Below are positions 8,002-16,536 of a stretch of DNA of 19,858 bases, one piece after another (the stretch's first letter is position 1; every line of letters starts with the position of its first letter). The notes beneath the pieces were generated by a model. It searched no databases and was not told the DNA's origin. It saw only the letters and a list, made by a program, of their open reading frames with translations. This DNA comes from Candidatus Omnitrophota bacterium (GTDB taxonomy: Bacteria; Ratteibacteria; UBA8468; MWAK01). Location of the stretch: assembly GCA_043826355.1 (NCBI GenBank), contig JBDRQI010000024.1, positions 1 through 19,858 on the forward strand. The letters are read 5' to 3'. A program made the translations under genes and the position numbers.

Positions 8002-9286
8002 CCAGCGCCTTCTTGTAGGCCGCCACAGTCTGGTCCACACACTTCTCCCAGGAAAATAACTTTGCCCTCTCCAGCGAGCGCCGGGACATATCCTGCCGCA
8101 GGGATTCGCTGCGGCAGATTTTGCAAATCGCTTCGCTTAACCCGTCGGCATCACCCGGCGCCACCATTATGCCGGCGCCGCCGACCACCTCCGGCAGAGA
8201 CGAGGTATTGGAGGTAATGACCGGCGCTCCGCAGGCCATCGCCTCAAGCGGCGGCAAACCGAACCCTTCGTAAGCGCTCGGGTAAACAAAAGCTAGACAG
8301 CCGGTGTACATCGGGCTCAAATCAACATCATCCACGTATCCGGTAATTATTATCCTGTCCCTGACTCCCGAATTATCTTCAATCTCCTGAAATATCTTTT
8401 CATAACCCCACCCCAACCTGCCGACCAGGACAAGAGATAAATCGCTTATTCTTTCCAACTCAATCAACCGGACAAAACTTCTGATTAAAATATCCAGGTT
8501 CTTTCTCGGGTCAAAAGTCGCCACGCTCAGTATATACCTGCTGCCTTTCGGAATCTTATACTTTCTTTTGACCCTTTCAATCTCTTCGGGAGATTCGCAG
8601 GGACAAAACTTACCTGATACCGCCAGGTGGGTGACAAAAACCCTGTCCGGATTTACCTTACGGTTGTAGTTAAGAAGGTCGTTCCGGGTTGAGTTGGAGA
8701 CGCAAAGCAGGAAATCTTTTTCCGCGAGCCAGTTTATGTAACTCTTTATCAACCGGCCAGAACCGTCGGGAATATATTGCGGACACAAAATCGGAATTAT
8801 GTCATGAATCGTCTGGAAGAACGAAAGGTTGTCGTATCTTCTCACGTATCTCGGAAGGTTGGGATACATCAAATGGTAGATGTCCGCCGACATAAGGTCT
8901 TTCCGGGATATATCGCTGATTATGAAAAAACCCGCGCCTTTCCGGGTATAGTTGAGCAACTCTTTGCCGGCCTTCAAAATGAACTTGTGCCTGCCGCCGT
9001 TTTTGATTATTGACTTTAATTCCTTTATCCGGCCGGATGAAGACCTTATGCAAGAGGTTAAAAACAAAAAAGGCAGAATCGTATCCGGTTTTGACAACGT
9101 GTACCCGGAAAAGTAATCAATGCTTTCAAGGTATTTTTTCGCGTATAGATAACTGTTCTTATCCGCGCAAAAAATAAGTTCGCATTCAGGGTGGTAAAAA
9201 AGGCCCCTCGTAATTTCCTCAATAACCCTTGGGACTCCGGTCATGCGATGGCGGCCGAGAATGGAAATATCGCAGATTATCTTCAT
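7991..9286 (-). CDS. GT4 glycosyltransferase (MtfB/WbaZ-like)
   Basis: Motifs [68 protein letters not shown]. Convergent 11-nt overlap with 6901..8001. Confidence 0.93.
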   Translation of the reverse strand: MKIICDISILGRHRMTGVPRVIEEITRGLFYHPECELIFCADKNSYLYAKKYLESIDYFSGYTLSKPDTILPFLFLTSCIRSSSGRIKELKSIIKNGGRHKFILKAGKELLNYTRKGAGFFIISDISRKDLMSADIYHLMYPNLPRYVRRYDNLSFFQTIHDIIPILCPQYIPDGSGRLIKSYINWLAEKDFLLCVSNSTRNDLLNYNRKVNPDRVFVTHLAVSGKFCPCESPEEIERVKRKYKIPKGSRYILSVATFDPRKNLDILIRSFVRLIELERISDLSLVLVGRLGWGYEKIFQEIEDNSGVRDRIIITGYVDDVDLSPMYTGCLAFVYPSAYEGFGLPPLEAMACGAPVITSNTSSLPEVVGGAGIMVAPGDADGLSEAICKICRSESLRQDMSRRSLERAKLFSWEKCVDQTVAAYKKALAMK

Positions 9287-9295
9287 TAACCTTAG

Positions 9296-9325
9296 ATTCT
9301 ACCATCGCAAAACCCCGGATTTCAA
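9296..9325 (-). promoter_or_regulatory. Putative sigma70 promoter for 7991..9286
   Basis: Minus strand TTGAAA (9320..9325), 18-nt spacer, TAGAAT (9296..9301) preceded by an extended TG; the -10 lies 9 nt before the ATG. Confidence 0.5.
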
Positions 9326-9366
9326 TTTGCAGTAATTTTGAAAATGATTCTGGTCCAAGGTATTTA

Positions 9367-9382
9367 TGTTAAAATAATCTTA
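9367..9382 (+). promoter_or_regulatory. Putative extended -10 promoter, leaderless spacing
   Basis: TGtTAAAAT-aatctta-ATG(9383), the same architecture as TGcTAAAAT-aatttta-ATG(6901). Confidence 0.5.
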
Positions 9383-10498
9383 ATGAACGAAACCGGCAAC
9401 CAAGCGGCGCCGCCCCTGGTCAGCGTCATCATCCCGACCCTAAACCGGGAAAAGTACATCCGCCAGTGCATTGAGAGCGTCCTGTCCCAGGACTACCCCG
9501 ACCTTGAGGTAATCGTGGTTGACAACGGCTCAACCGACAATACCGAAGAAATCCTGAAATCCTTTGGAGGCAGGATTAAGTTCCTGAAAGAAGAGAAAAG
9601 AGGGGTAAGCGCGGCCCGCAATAAAGGAATCCGGGAGTCCCGGGGCGAATTCATCGCCTTGCTTGATTCCGACGATTATTGCCTTCCGGGCAAGATTTCC
9701 CTTTCGGTTCAGAAACTGCTGGAAGACCCTTGCATCTCCCTGATTTACACCGATTACATCCTGGTGGATTCGGAAGGGAATCAAACCGAGATTGTAAAAA
9801 AATTTCACCCCGCGCCGGAACAATTCCTCCGGTTTTTCCTGTTAAATTTCGGCATCCTGCCGTCAACGACTTTACTGCGCAAGGAATACCTGGAGAAGAT
9901 TGGCTATTTTGACGAAACCATGCTGGAGGGCGCCGAAGATACCGATATGCTCTTTAAAGCGCTGAAGGCCGGATGCCGCTTCGGCCATATACCCAGACCT
10001 CTGAACGCCTACCGGTGGCATTCGGAAAACATCAGCCGCCCCAACCGCCCCGGGGAAAAACCGAACAATCTCTACTGTGACCGAATCCTTTCCTCCGCAA
10101 TTAAAAATTTTACCGTTCCGGAACTTTTTGAAGATATTCTCGGACATAAAAACTGGAAGAAAAGGGTTAAAAAAGAATATGATGGCTTAACGGACATATT
10201 GTATTTCAGGCATTTTCCGCTCTCGGCCGCGGCCGCCGCCAAGAAATCGCGGGAAATAGGGCGGCCTTTCTTCTTGTCGTTCTTCTTAACCAATGCTCTG
10301 CAGGCCTTCTGCCTGCTGTACAGCGTTTTGGAAACCGCTGCAAAGATGGCTGCGGCCGCCGTTAGCCCCAAAACCACCCGACAAACCGCCGGCAGGTACC
10401 GGCGAAAAATCTGTTCTTTGTTCTTTAAATTGAGATACAGATTATTCAGGATATTCTTTTACCGCTACGGAAAGTTAGCGTGCGAGACGACCAGATGA
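9383..10498 (+). CDS. GT2 glycosyltransferase (paralogue B)
   Basis: Same GT2 motifs as 6901..8001 and co-linear with it. ATG 9383 chosen by homology with the 6901 start region. Confidence 0.93.
   Translation: MNETGNQAAPPLVSVIIPTLNREKYIRQCIESVLSQDYPDLEVIVVDNGSTDNTEEILKSFGGRIKFLKEEKRGVSAARNKGIRESRGEFIALLDSDDYCLPGKISLSVQKLLEDPCISLIYTDYILVDSEGNQTEIVKKFHPAPEQFLRFFLLNFGILPSTTLLRKEYLEKIGYFDETMLEGAEDTDMLFKALKAGCRFGHIPRPLNAYRWHSENISRPNRPGEKPNNLYCDRILSSAIKNFTVPELFEDILGHKNWKKRVKKEYDGLTDILYFRHFPLSAAAAAKKSREIGRPFFLSFFLTNALQAFCLLYSVLETAAKMAAAAVSPKTTRQTAGRYRRKICSLFFKLRYRLFRIFFYRYGKLACETTR
9418..9597 (+). repeat. 180-bp direct repeat, copy 2
   Basis: Matches 6936..7115 with 4 mismatches; offset 2482 bp. 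Confidence 0.9.
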
Positions 10499-11478
10499 CC
10501 CGCATCAGCGTCATTATCTGCGTTTATAACGGCGGAGAATTATTCAAGAAAAATATAGAGAGCGTCAGCCGGCTTAAAATCCCGGATGACAGTTGGGTTG
10601 AATTTCTGTTTGTTGACAACAACGCTACCGACGGAAGCGGAGAATTAATCAGGAATTACGCCCGCAGATACCCGGACACGTTCTACTGTCTCTTTGAGCC
10701 GAAGCCCGGCAAGACCCACGCCCTGAATCTGGGAATCGAAAAGGCAAAGGGCGAAATCATCGCCTTTACCGATTCCGACGTTGTCCTGCCGGAGGACTGG
10801 CTGGTGCGCGTCAGGGAGGGGTTTGAAGAGCACGACTGCGCCGGCCTGGGCGGAAGGGTGCTGCCCATCTGGACGGAAAACCCCCCGGCGTGGTTTACGG
10901 ATGAAAAAGACCGGGAAAAACGTTACGCCATCCTGGCTCTCTGCGGCCGGGAAGAGTCCGAATATTACCCCCTAAAAGAAGGTCCGCTGTACCCCACCGG
11001 CTGCAATTCGGCGGTAAAAAAGAAAGTCTTTCTGAAATACGGCAACTACCGGACCGACCTGGGCGTCTGGCCCGGCCTCCGCCTGGGAGGAGAAGACCTG
11101 GAATTTTTCCGGCGCATCTCCGAAGCCGGAGAAAAGTTATACTACCATCCCCGGATGACGGCCTATCACCAGATATCGAAAAACCGCCTGGAAAAAAAGT
11201 ATTTTCGCAAAATCAGTTTTTCATATCTATTCGGTTCATTATACATGCATCCTCCTTGTCCAAACCGGAAAGGAGAGGCGTTCAGAAAACTAATTTCCCT
11301 TCCTGAGAACCTGTTGAAGTTCATCGTGTCCGGGTTCAACGAAAAACTTACTGTCCGCGGTAACCTGCACTACCGGACGATGCTGAAAATCACGTTTTGC
11401 GAATTGGGTTATCGGCTCTTCGGACAAAAGAAGACGGTCAGATTGGCCCGGGCGCTGGGTTTCATCGCAAAAATATGA
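10495..11478 (+). CDS. GT2 glycosyltransferase
   Basis: Motifs ISVIICVYN, FVDNNATD, GKTHALNLG, IAFTDSD, GGEDLEF. ATGA overlap with the upstream stop. Confidence 0.92.
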   Translation: MTRISVIICVYNGGELFKKNIESVSRLKIPDDSWVEFLFVDNNATDGSGELIRNYARRYPDTFYCLFEPKPGKTHALNLGIEKAKGEIIAFTDSDVVLPEDWLVRVREGFEEHDCAGLGGRVLPIWTENPPAWFTDEKDREKRYAILALCGREESEYYPLKEGPLYPTGCNSAVKKKVFLKYGNYRTDLGVWPGLRLGGEDLEFFRRISEAGEKLYYHPRMTAYHQISKNRLEKKYFRKISFSYLFGSLYMHPPCPNRKGEAFRKLISLPENLLKFIVSGFNEKLTVRGNLHYRTMLKITFCELGYRLFGQKKTVRLARALGFIAKI

Positions 11479-12452
11479 AGGTTGTGCGCATCTTCAGGAA
11501 TTGGCCGGGGTTAGGATTCTTTCCCCAGACGCCCGGCGGGAAGGGCGTCTGGGACAACATCCGGTTCACCGAAGAACCGGTTGAGGAGTGCGACCACGTG
11601 ATTACCCTGAACTATGCAAATTATGACGCGCCTGTCTTCTGCCCGCCGGAAAATATCTGGTCGCTCCAACAGGAACCGCCGGCCGGACATTTCAAGCCCT
11701 GGCACAACGCGCACCAAGTTTACCGGAAAGTTTTTACTTCAGATGTCTCGCTAATCGGCGAACGTTATATACACAGCCACCCGGCGATAGGATGGTGGGC
11801 GGGCCGGAATTATGATTTTTTAAACGCCGGCCCGGTTCCGGAGAAGACCAAAAACCTCTCCTGGATTACAAGTAACAAACAATTTTTTGAATTACACAGA
11901 AAAAGGATTGCATTTTTAAAAAAAATCCAGACCGAAGGGATTGAATTCGACCTTTTCGGAAAGGGCTTTTTCCCCATTGAAAAGAAGTGGGACGGCCTGG
12001 CGCCTTACCGTTACTCTCTGGCGATAGAAAATTACCAAGGCCCTTTTTACTGGAGCGAAAAGTTGGCGGACTGCTTCCTGGCCTGGACGATGCCCGTCTA
12101 CTTCGGGTGCACCAATATTGAAGAGTATTTTCCGAAAGAATCGTTTGTCCCGATAGAGATAGACGCCCCCGGAGCCATCGGTTATCTGAAAGAGATAATA
12201 AAAAGCGATTTATGGCTCAAGAACCGGGAGGCGATAGCGTACGCCCGGGAACTGGTCTTAAACCGTTACCAGTTTTTCCCCTACATGACGGAGCAGATAC
12301 GCAATCACGAAAAAGAACGGGGAGACAGGCCGCCAGCCCGGGAAACGGTTGTCATCCCGGGTGAAAACGAATCCCGCAACCCGCCGAAGCGCAAAAAGAA
12401 GAATCTTTTACACAGAATAAAAAAGAGGTTGCGTTCGTTACGGAAGAGGTAA
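11475..12452 (+). CDS. GT10-like (alpha-1,3-fucosyltransferase-domain) glycosyltransferase
   Basis: KWDGLAPYRYSLAIEN...YWSEKLADCFLAWTMPVYFGCTNIEEYFP matches the GT10 C-terminal motif. ATGA overlap at 11475. The donor sugar cannot be determined. Confidence 0.8.
   Translation: MKVVRIFRNWPGLGFFPQTPGGKGVWDNIRFTEEPVEECDHVITLNYANYDAPVFCPPENIWSLQQEPPAGHFKPWHNAHQVYRKVFTSDVSLIGERYIHSHPAIGWWAGRNYDFLNAGPVPEKTKNLSWITSNKQFFELHRKRIAFLKKIQTEGIEFDLFGKGFFPIEKKWDGLAPYRYSLAIENYQGPFYWSEKLADCFLAWTMPVYFGCTNIEEYFPKESFVPIEIDAPGAIGYLKEIIKSDLWLKNREAIAYARELVLNRYQFFPYMTEQIRNHEKERGDRPPARETVVIPGENESRNPPKRKKKNLLHRIKKRLRSLRKR
12337..12403 (+). repeat. 67-bp direct repeat, copy 1 (within the GT10-like 3' end)
   Basis: cccgggaaacggttgtcatcccgggtgaaaacgaatcccgcaacccgccgaagcgcaaaaagaagaa; 66/67 identical to 18806..18872. 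Confidence 0.95.
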
Positions 12453-12466
12453 ACAAAAAATCTCAG

Positions 12467-13237
12467 ATGACAGAACCAATAACAATTCTCGCCATCGTCT
12501 TTCTTTGCTTTATCATGGAAAGCATCGACAGCGGGATTGGAATGATGTACGGTACGCTTTTGAGCCCGCTGTTAATTATTATCGGGTTCAATCCGCTGGT
12601 TGTAGTCCCGTCCATACTGTTATCACAGGCAATCGGGGGGTTTGCCGCAACGTTCCACCACCATAAATTCAAGAACGCTTCCTTTCGGCGCGGTACAACA
12701 GATATAAAGATTACCGCTCTGGTGCTGGGACTGGGAATCTTTGCGCTGTTATTGGGGGTCTGTGCCGGCGGACGCATCCCGGCATTCTGGCTTAAATTTT
12801 TCATCGGCTTGCTCTGCATAACTATGGGCGTCCTTATCATAATCAAGCGGACATTCAAATTTTCCTGGCTGAAGATAGCCGGGCTTGGAATCATCAGCTC
12901 CTTCAATAAAAGCTTTACCGGCGGCGGGTTCGGACCGATTATGGCCAGCGGACAGATTGCCAGCGGAGTTGAGGAAAAGAGGGCCATCGGCATAACGGAT
13001 TTCGCCGAAGCGCCCATCTGCGTCATGTCTTTCGCGGCCTGGGTATTGATTAACGGATTCAATGATTATGCGCTAATAGCCCCGATGTGCATCGGCGCAT
13101 TCATCGGGGGATTAACCGGCCCGTATCTATTGTCAAGAGTTGAAAATAAAAAAGTTATCAAAACTGCGGTGGGGATGCTGGCAATTATCTCAGGTATCCT
13201 TGTAATATTGAAACTGTTCGGTTGCCTCAAGATATAA
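12467..13237 (+). CDS. TauE/SafE-family (sulfite/organosulfonate exporter-like) membrane protein
   Basis: 256-aa hydrophobic protein with about 8 TM segments. DSGIGMMYGTLLSPLL and a second-half TGGGFGP...AIGIT give the TSUP/TauE two-repeat pattern. Confidence 0.85.
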   Translation: MTEPITILAIVFLCFIMESIDSGIGMMYGTLLSPLLIIIGFNPLVVVPSILLSQAIGGFAATFHHHKFKNASFRRGTTDIKITALVLGLGIFALLLGVCAGGRIPAFWLKFFIGLLCITMGVLIIIKRTFKFSWLKIAGLGIISSFNKSFTGGGFGPIMASGQIASGVEEKRAIGITDFAEAPICVMSFAAWVLINGFNDYALIAPMCIGAFIGGLTGPYLLSRVENKKVIKTAVGMLAIISGILVILKLFGCLKI

Positions 13238-13267
13238 AAAACGGCTTGATTTAACGAGGACGGGAAG

Positions 13268-14098
13268 ATGACCAGGACTTTTTTCATCACCGGCAACAAA
13301 CGTTCCGGGACATCGCAGCTGGTACGGCTGCTCAACCTGCATTCTCAGGTCTTTATTTCCCACGAGTCGGATATCATCTGGATATTATATCAATTTCACA
13401 ACCATCAACCTTTCGAAACGTATCCCGAAGACGGGCCCACGGGAATGGAATACACCCTGCAAAAATGCGGCCGCCTTCTGGATAAAGACAAGAGCCCGGC
13501 AGAAAACTTTTTTACCGTTCAAAAATCCCTGATGCGCCAGGGCAGTCCCTGGCTGGCGCCGGTTGAAAAAAAAGATTTATTATGGGTCGGGGACAAAAAA
13601 CCTTTTCAATATTCAGACCCTGAACTAACGAACTTTATTCTGGATGTTTTTCCCGAAACCCGTTTTATTCATCTAATCCGCCACCCTTTTGCGGTGGCGG
13701 CAAGCGCGGAACAATTCAACAAAACACCGGAAGGAGATTTCTGGAAAGGCATCACCCCGGAAGAAGCGGTGAAGAGGTGGGTTTGCAATGAAAAAAGAGT
13801 GCTGGAATTAAAACGCTTGGCTAAAGCAAACGTGCTTGACGTAAGGTATGAAGATTTATGCCGGAATACAAAAAAGGAGTTGTCGCGTATTTTTGATTTC
13901 CTGGGTTTGAGGCGCGAGCGTAAAATTTTTCAAAAAGCCCGCCGGGATACGCATTATTCCGTGAAGAACTTTCCGAACATACCCTCCTCTGACCGGGAAG
14001 CCCGTCTGGTTATGGAAAAATACGGTTACAGCCCCGGTTGTCCCGCAACGAGATTTTTCATCAACGCCTGTTATAAATTAAGGAAGGCTTTAAATTAA
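13268..14098 (+). CDS. PAPS-dependent sulfotransferase
   Basis: 5'-PSB loop FITGNKRSGTS, GDKKP, 3'-PB motif FIHLIRHPFAVAAS, VRYEDL. Confidence 0.9.
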   Translation: MTRTFFITGNKRSGTSQLVRLLNLHSQVFISHESDIIWILYQFHNHQPFETYPEDGPTGMEYTLQKCGRLLDKDKSPAENFFTVQKSLMRQGSPWLAPVEKKDLLWVGDKKPFQYSDPELTNFILDVFPETRFIHLIRHPFAVAASAEQFNKTPEGDFWKGITPEEAVKRWVCNEKRVLELKRLAKANVLDVRYEDLCRNTKKELSRIFDFLGLRRERKIFQKARRDTHYSVKNFPNIPSSDREARLVMEKYGYSPGCPATRFFINACYKLRKALN

Positions 14099-14099
14099 A

Positions 14100-14636
14100 A
14101 TGCATAAAGAAGTTTATCGGGCGTTTGAGAAAATTTGCTCAAAGTTTGATATACGCGGCCGCGTATTAGAGGTTGGGGCCATACCCGAAAAATTAAGCCT
14201 TTTGAATATGCCTTGCCTGAAACATGCCTCCGAAAAAACAGGGATAAACCTTGAAGGCTCTTACAAGTACAAAGATTTTTCAATCGTCAAGGGAAATGCC
14301 AATTTGATGGATTGCTTCAGCGGCGGACAGTTTGACGCGGTCTTGTGCAATTCCGTCCTGGAACATGATAAATATTTCTGGAAGACGGTGTCGGAAATCA
14401 AGAGGGTGACCGGAACAGGCGGTCTGATAGTAATAGGCGCGCCCGGTTTTACGAAATTCCATACGGTTCCTTTATCCGGAGCGGCCGCGGTCTTAGCCGT
14501 GCATAATTTTCCCGGAGATTACTACCGGTTCAGCCCGCAGGCATTCATGGAAGTAATCTTTGAAGGCCTGAAAGACGTCCGGGTCATTTCGGTAATGTCT
14601 GTTCCGCGGATAATCGGCTACGGAATCAAACCATAA
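14100..14636 (+). CDS. Class I SAM-dependent methyltransferase
   Basis: Motifs RVLEVGA, GNAN, FDAVLCNSVLEH...EIKRV..GGLIVIGAP, HNFPGDYYRFS. Confidence 0.85.
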   Translation: MHKEVYRAFEKICSKFDIRGRVLEVGAIPEKLSLLNMPCLKHASEKTGINLEGSYKYKDFSIVKGNANLMDCFSGGQFDAVLCNSVLEHDKYFWKTVSEIKRVTGTGGLIVIGAPGFTKFHTVPLSGAAAVLAVHNFPGDYYRFSPQAFMEVIFEGLKDVRVISVMSVPRIIGYGIKP

Positions 14637-14642
14637 AAACAG

Positions 14643-16520
14643 ATGAATACATCGTTATTGCCGGCGCACGGCGGATGCGGCCTGATAGACCGCTTTGTCT
14701 CCGGTGCGGAAATAAACAGATTTAAGCGCGATGCCGCGCGTTATAAAACGCATATTATAAACGAGGCGGATTTGTCTGTATTTTACCGCATAGCCGACGG
14801 AACCCTCTCCCCGCTTGAGGGGCCGATGGGCAAAGATGAATTTTACGGCGTGCTTGACCGGGAATTTATTGAACGAAATAATAAAAAATACGCCTGGACC
14901 ATACCCATCGCTTTACCGGTATCCAAACAGGAAGGGGAACTTTTTTCTTCGGACGAAATTATCGCGCTAAAAACCGAACAGGATAAATTAATCGGTTTTT
15001 TAGAAATTTCAGACATATATCCTTTCGATAGGGATAGGTACAATAAAGCGGTGTACGGGACCGGGAGAAGAGACCATCCCGGGCCGCGAATTGTTAACGA
15101 TGATCCGCGGGATTATCTTCTGGGAGGAAAGATTTTTGCCCTGCCCTGTTTGCCTGACGACAATTATGGGAATAACGTCCTGGGACCGCAGGAATGCAGG
15201 AACCTTTTTGCACAGAAAAGATGGGAGCGCATCGTTGCCTTCCAGACCCGCAACCCGCTGCACCGGGCGCACGAATACGCTATGGTGTACGCCATGGAGA
15301 AACTTACCCGGGAGGGATTCCTGGCCGGCGTGGTCTTAAACCCCCTGGTGGGACCCACAAAATCCGATGACGTTCCGGCCCTGGTGCGAATGCAAACTTA
15401 TGAAGCGCTAATTGAAAACCGGCTGTTCGGACTCGGCGACAAAGACGAAGTTTTGTGGAAAAATAAAGAATATGACCTGGCCGACAACATTATCCTCATC
15501 GCCATTGATATGAAGATGTTTTATGCCGGACCGAAAGAAGCGATTATGCATGCCATCTACCGGCAAAACTGCGGGTTTACCGATATTATCATCGGGCGGA
15601 AACACGCCGACGCGCCTTTTGATGACGGAACGCCGGCCTGGAGCGATTTTGCCGCGCAGGAAAAATTCTGCAACCTGCCGGGTGAACTTTTAATTCAACC
15701 GCTGAACGTCGGTTTTGCGGCTTATTTTGACGAAATAAAACAAGTGGGGTTCGTGGAAGAATTTAAGGATAAAGGGTTCACTGAAATCACAATTTCCGGA
15801 AAAGCCCTGAGGCAGAAACTCCAGTCAGGCGAACCGATAGATGAACGTATTATGCGCAAACCGGTTGCCGACATCCTGCAGCAATCATACCGGAATAATG
15901 TGGGCGCCCTGAGAGAAGAGATTAAGAGCAGTAATATAACCTGGAGCAACCCGGGCATTTCCAAAGAAGACCTGATAAAACGCAACGGGTACAAGGGCGC
16001 TGTTATCTGGCTCACCGGCCTTTCCGGCGCCGGAAAATCAACGATTGCCGCAGGCGTGCGGGATGCGCTTTCCAAAAAAGGCTGCAACGTCTTCGTTCTT
16101 GACGGAGACAATGTCCGTCACGGGTTAAACAAAGACCTGGGGTTTTCTCCCCGGGACAGGGAAGAGAACATACGCCGGATTGCCGAGGTGGCAAAATTGT
16201 TCTGCGAGGCGGGGTTTATCATCATCACCGCTTTTATTTCGCCTTACATAAAAGACCGGCGCAACGCACGTTCTTTACTTGCCCGGGGAGATTTTGTAGA
16301 GGTGCACGTAAAAGCCGGCCTTGCGGCCTGCGAAGCCAGGGACCCCAAAGGCCTGTACAAAAAGGCAAGGGCGGGCCAGATAGGCGAGTTTACCGGCATC
16401 AATGCGCCCTATGAAGAACCGGTTAACCCGGAATTAATCGTTGATACCGAATCCCTCAACATTACTGAAAGCGTACAATCGGTGCTTTCGTATTTAACCG
16501 ATACGGGCTTGTTTCTTTGA
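14643..16520 (+). CDS. cysC: Bifunctional sulfate adenylyltransferase / adenylyl-sulfate kinase (Sat-CysC, PAPS synthase)
   Basis: Sat domain: PAHGG, SPLEG, VAFQTRNPLHRAHE, YAGPKEAIMHAIYRQN, IIGRKHA. APS kinase domain: WLTGLSGAGKST, LDGDNVRHGL, DLGFS..DREENIRR, FISPY, RDPKGLY, FTGINAPYEEP. Confidence 0.95.
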   Translation: MNTSLLPAHGGCGLIDRFVSGAEINRFKRDAARYKTHIINEADLSVFYRIADGTLSPLEGPMGKDEFYGVLDREFIERNNKKYAWTIPIALPVSKQEGELFSSDEIIALKTEQDKLIGFLEISDIYPFDRDRYNKAVYGTGRRDHPGPRIVNDDPRDYLLGGKIFALPCLPDDNYGNNVLGPQECRNLFAQKRWERIVAFQTRNPLHRAHEYAMVYAMEKLTREGFLAGVVLNPLVGPTKSDDVPALVRMQTYEALIENRLFGLGDKDEVLWKNKEYDLADNIILIAIDMKMFYAGPKEAIMHAIYRQNCGFTDIIIGRKHADAPFDDGTPAWSDFAAQEKFCNLPGELLIQPLNVGFAAYFDEIKQVGFVEEFKDKGFTEITISGKALRQKLQSGEPIDERIMRKPVADILQQSYRNNVGALREEIKSSNITWSNPGISKEDLIKRNGYKGAVIWLTGLSGAGKSTIAAGVRDALSKKGCNVFVLDGDNVRHGLNKDLGFSPRDREENIRRIAEVAKLFCEAGFIIITAFISPYIKDRRNARSLLARGDFVEVHVKAGLAACEARDPKGLYKKARAGQIGEFTGINAPYEEPVNPELIVDTESLNITESVQSVLSYLTDTGLFL

Positions 16521-16536
16521 GCCCAAATAACGAACC

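Noticed and set aside
9364..9374. TTATGTTAAAA resembling the XerD arm of dif
   Set aside because: There is no XerC-like arm 6 bp upstream. It is better explained as the extended -10 shared with 6885..6893.
9338..11475. Longer starts from the ORF track (9338, 10480, 11397; also 3692)
   Set aside because: ATG 9383, 10495, 11475 and 3740 are better supported by paralogue alignment, ATGA coupling or an RBS.
12463..13062. 199-aa minus-strand ORF
   Set aside because: Shadow of the TauE-family gene.
14643..16520. Sat as a marker of dissimilatory sulfate reduction or cysteine synthesis
   Set aside because: It is fused to APS kinase and next to a sulfotransferase; no apr, dsr, cysH or cysI in the window.
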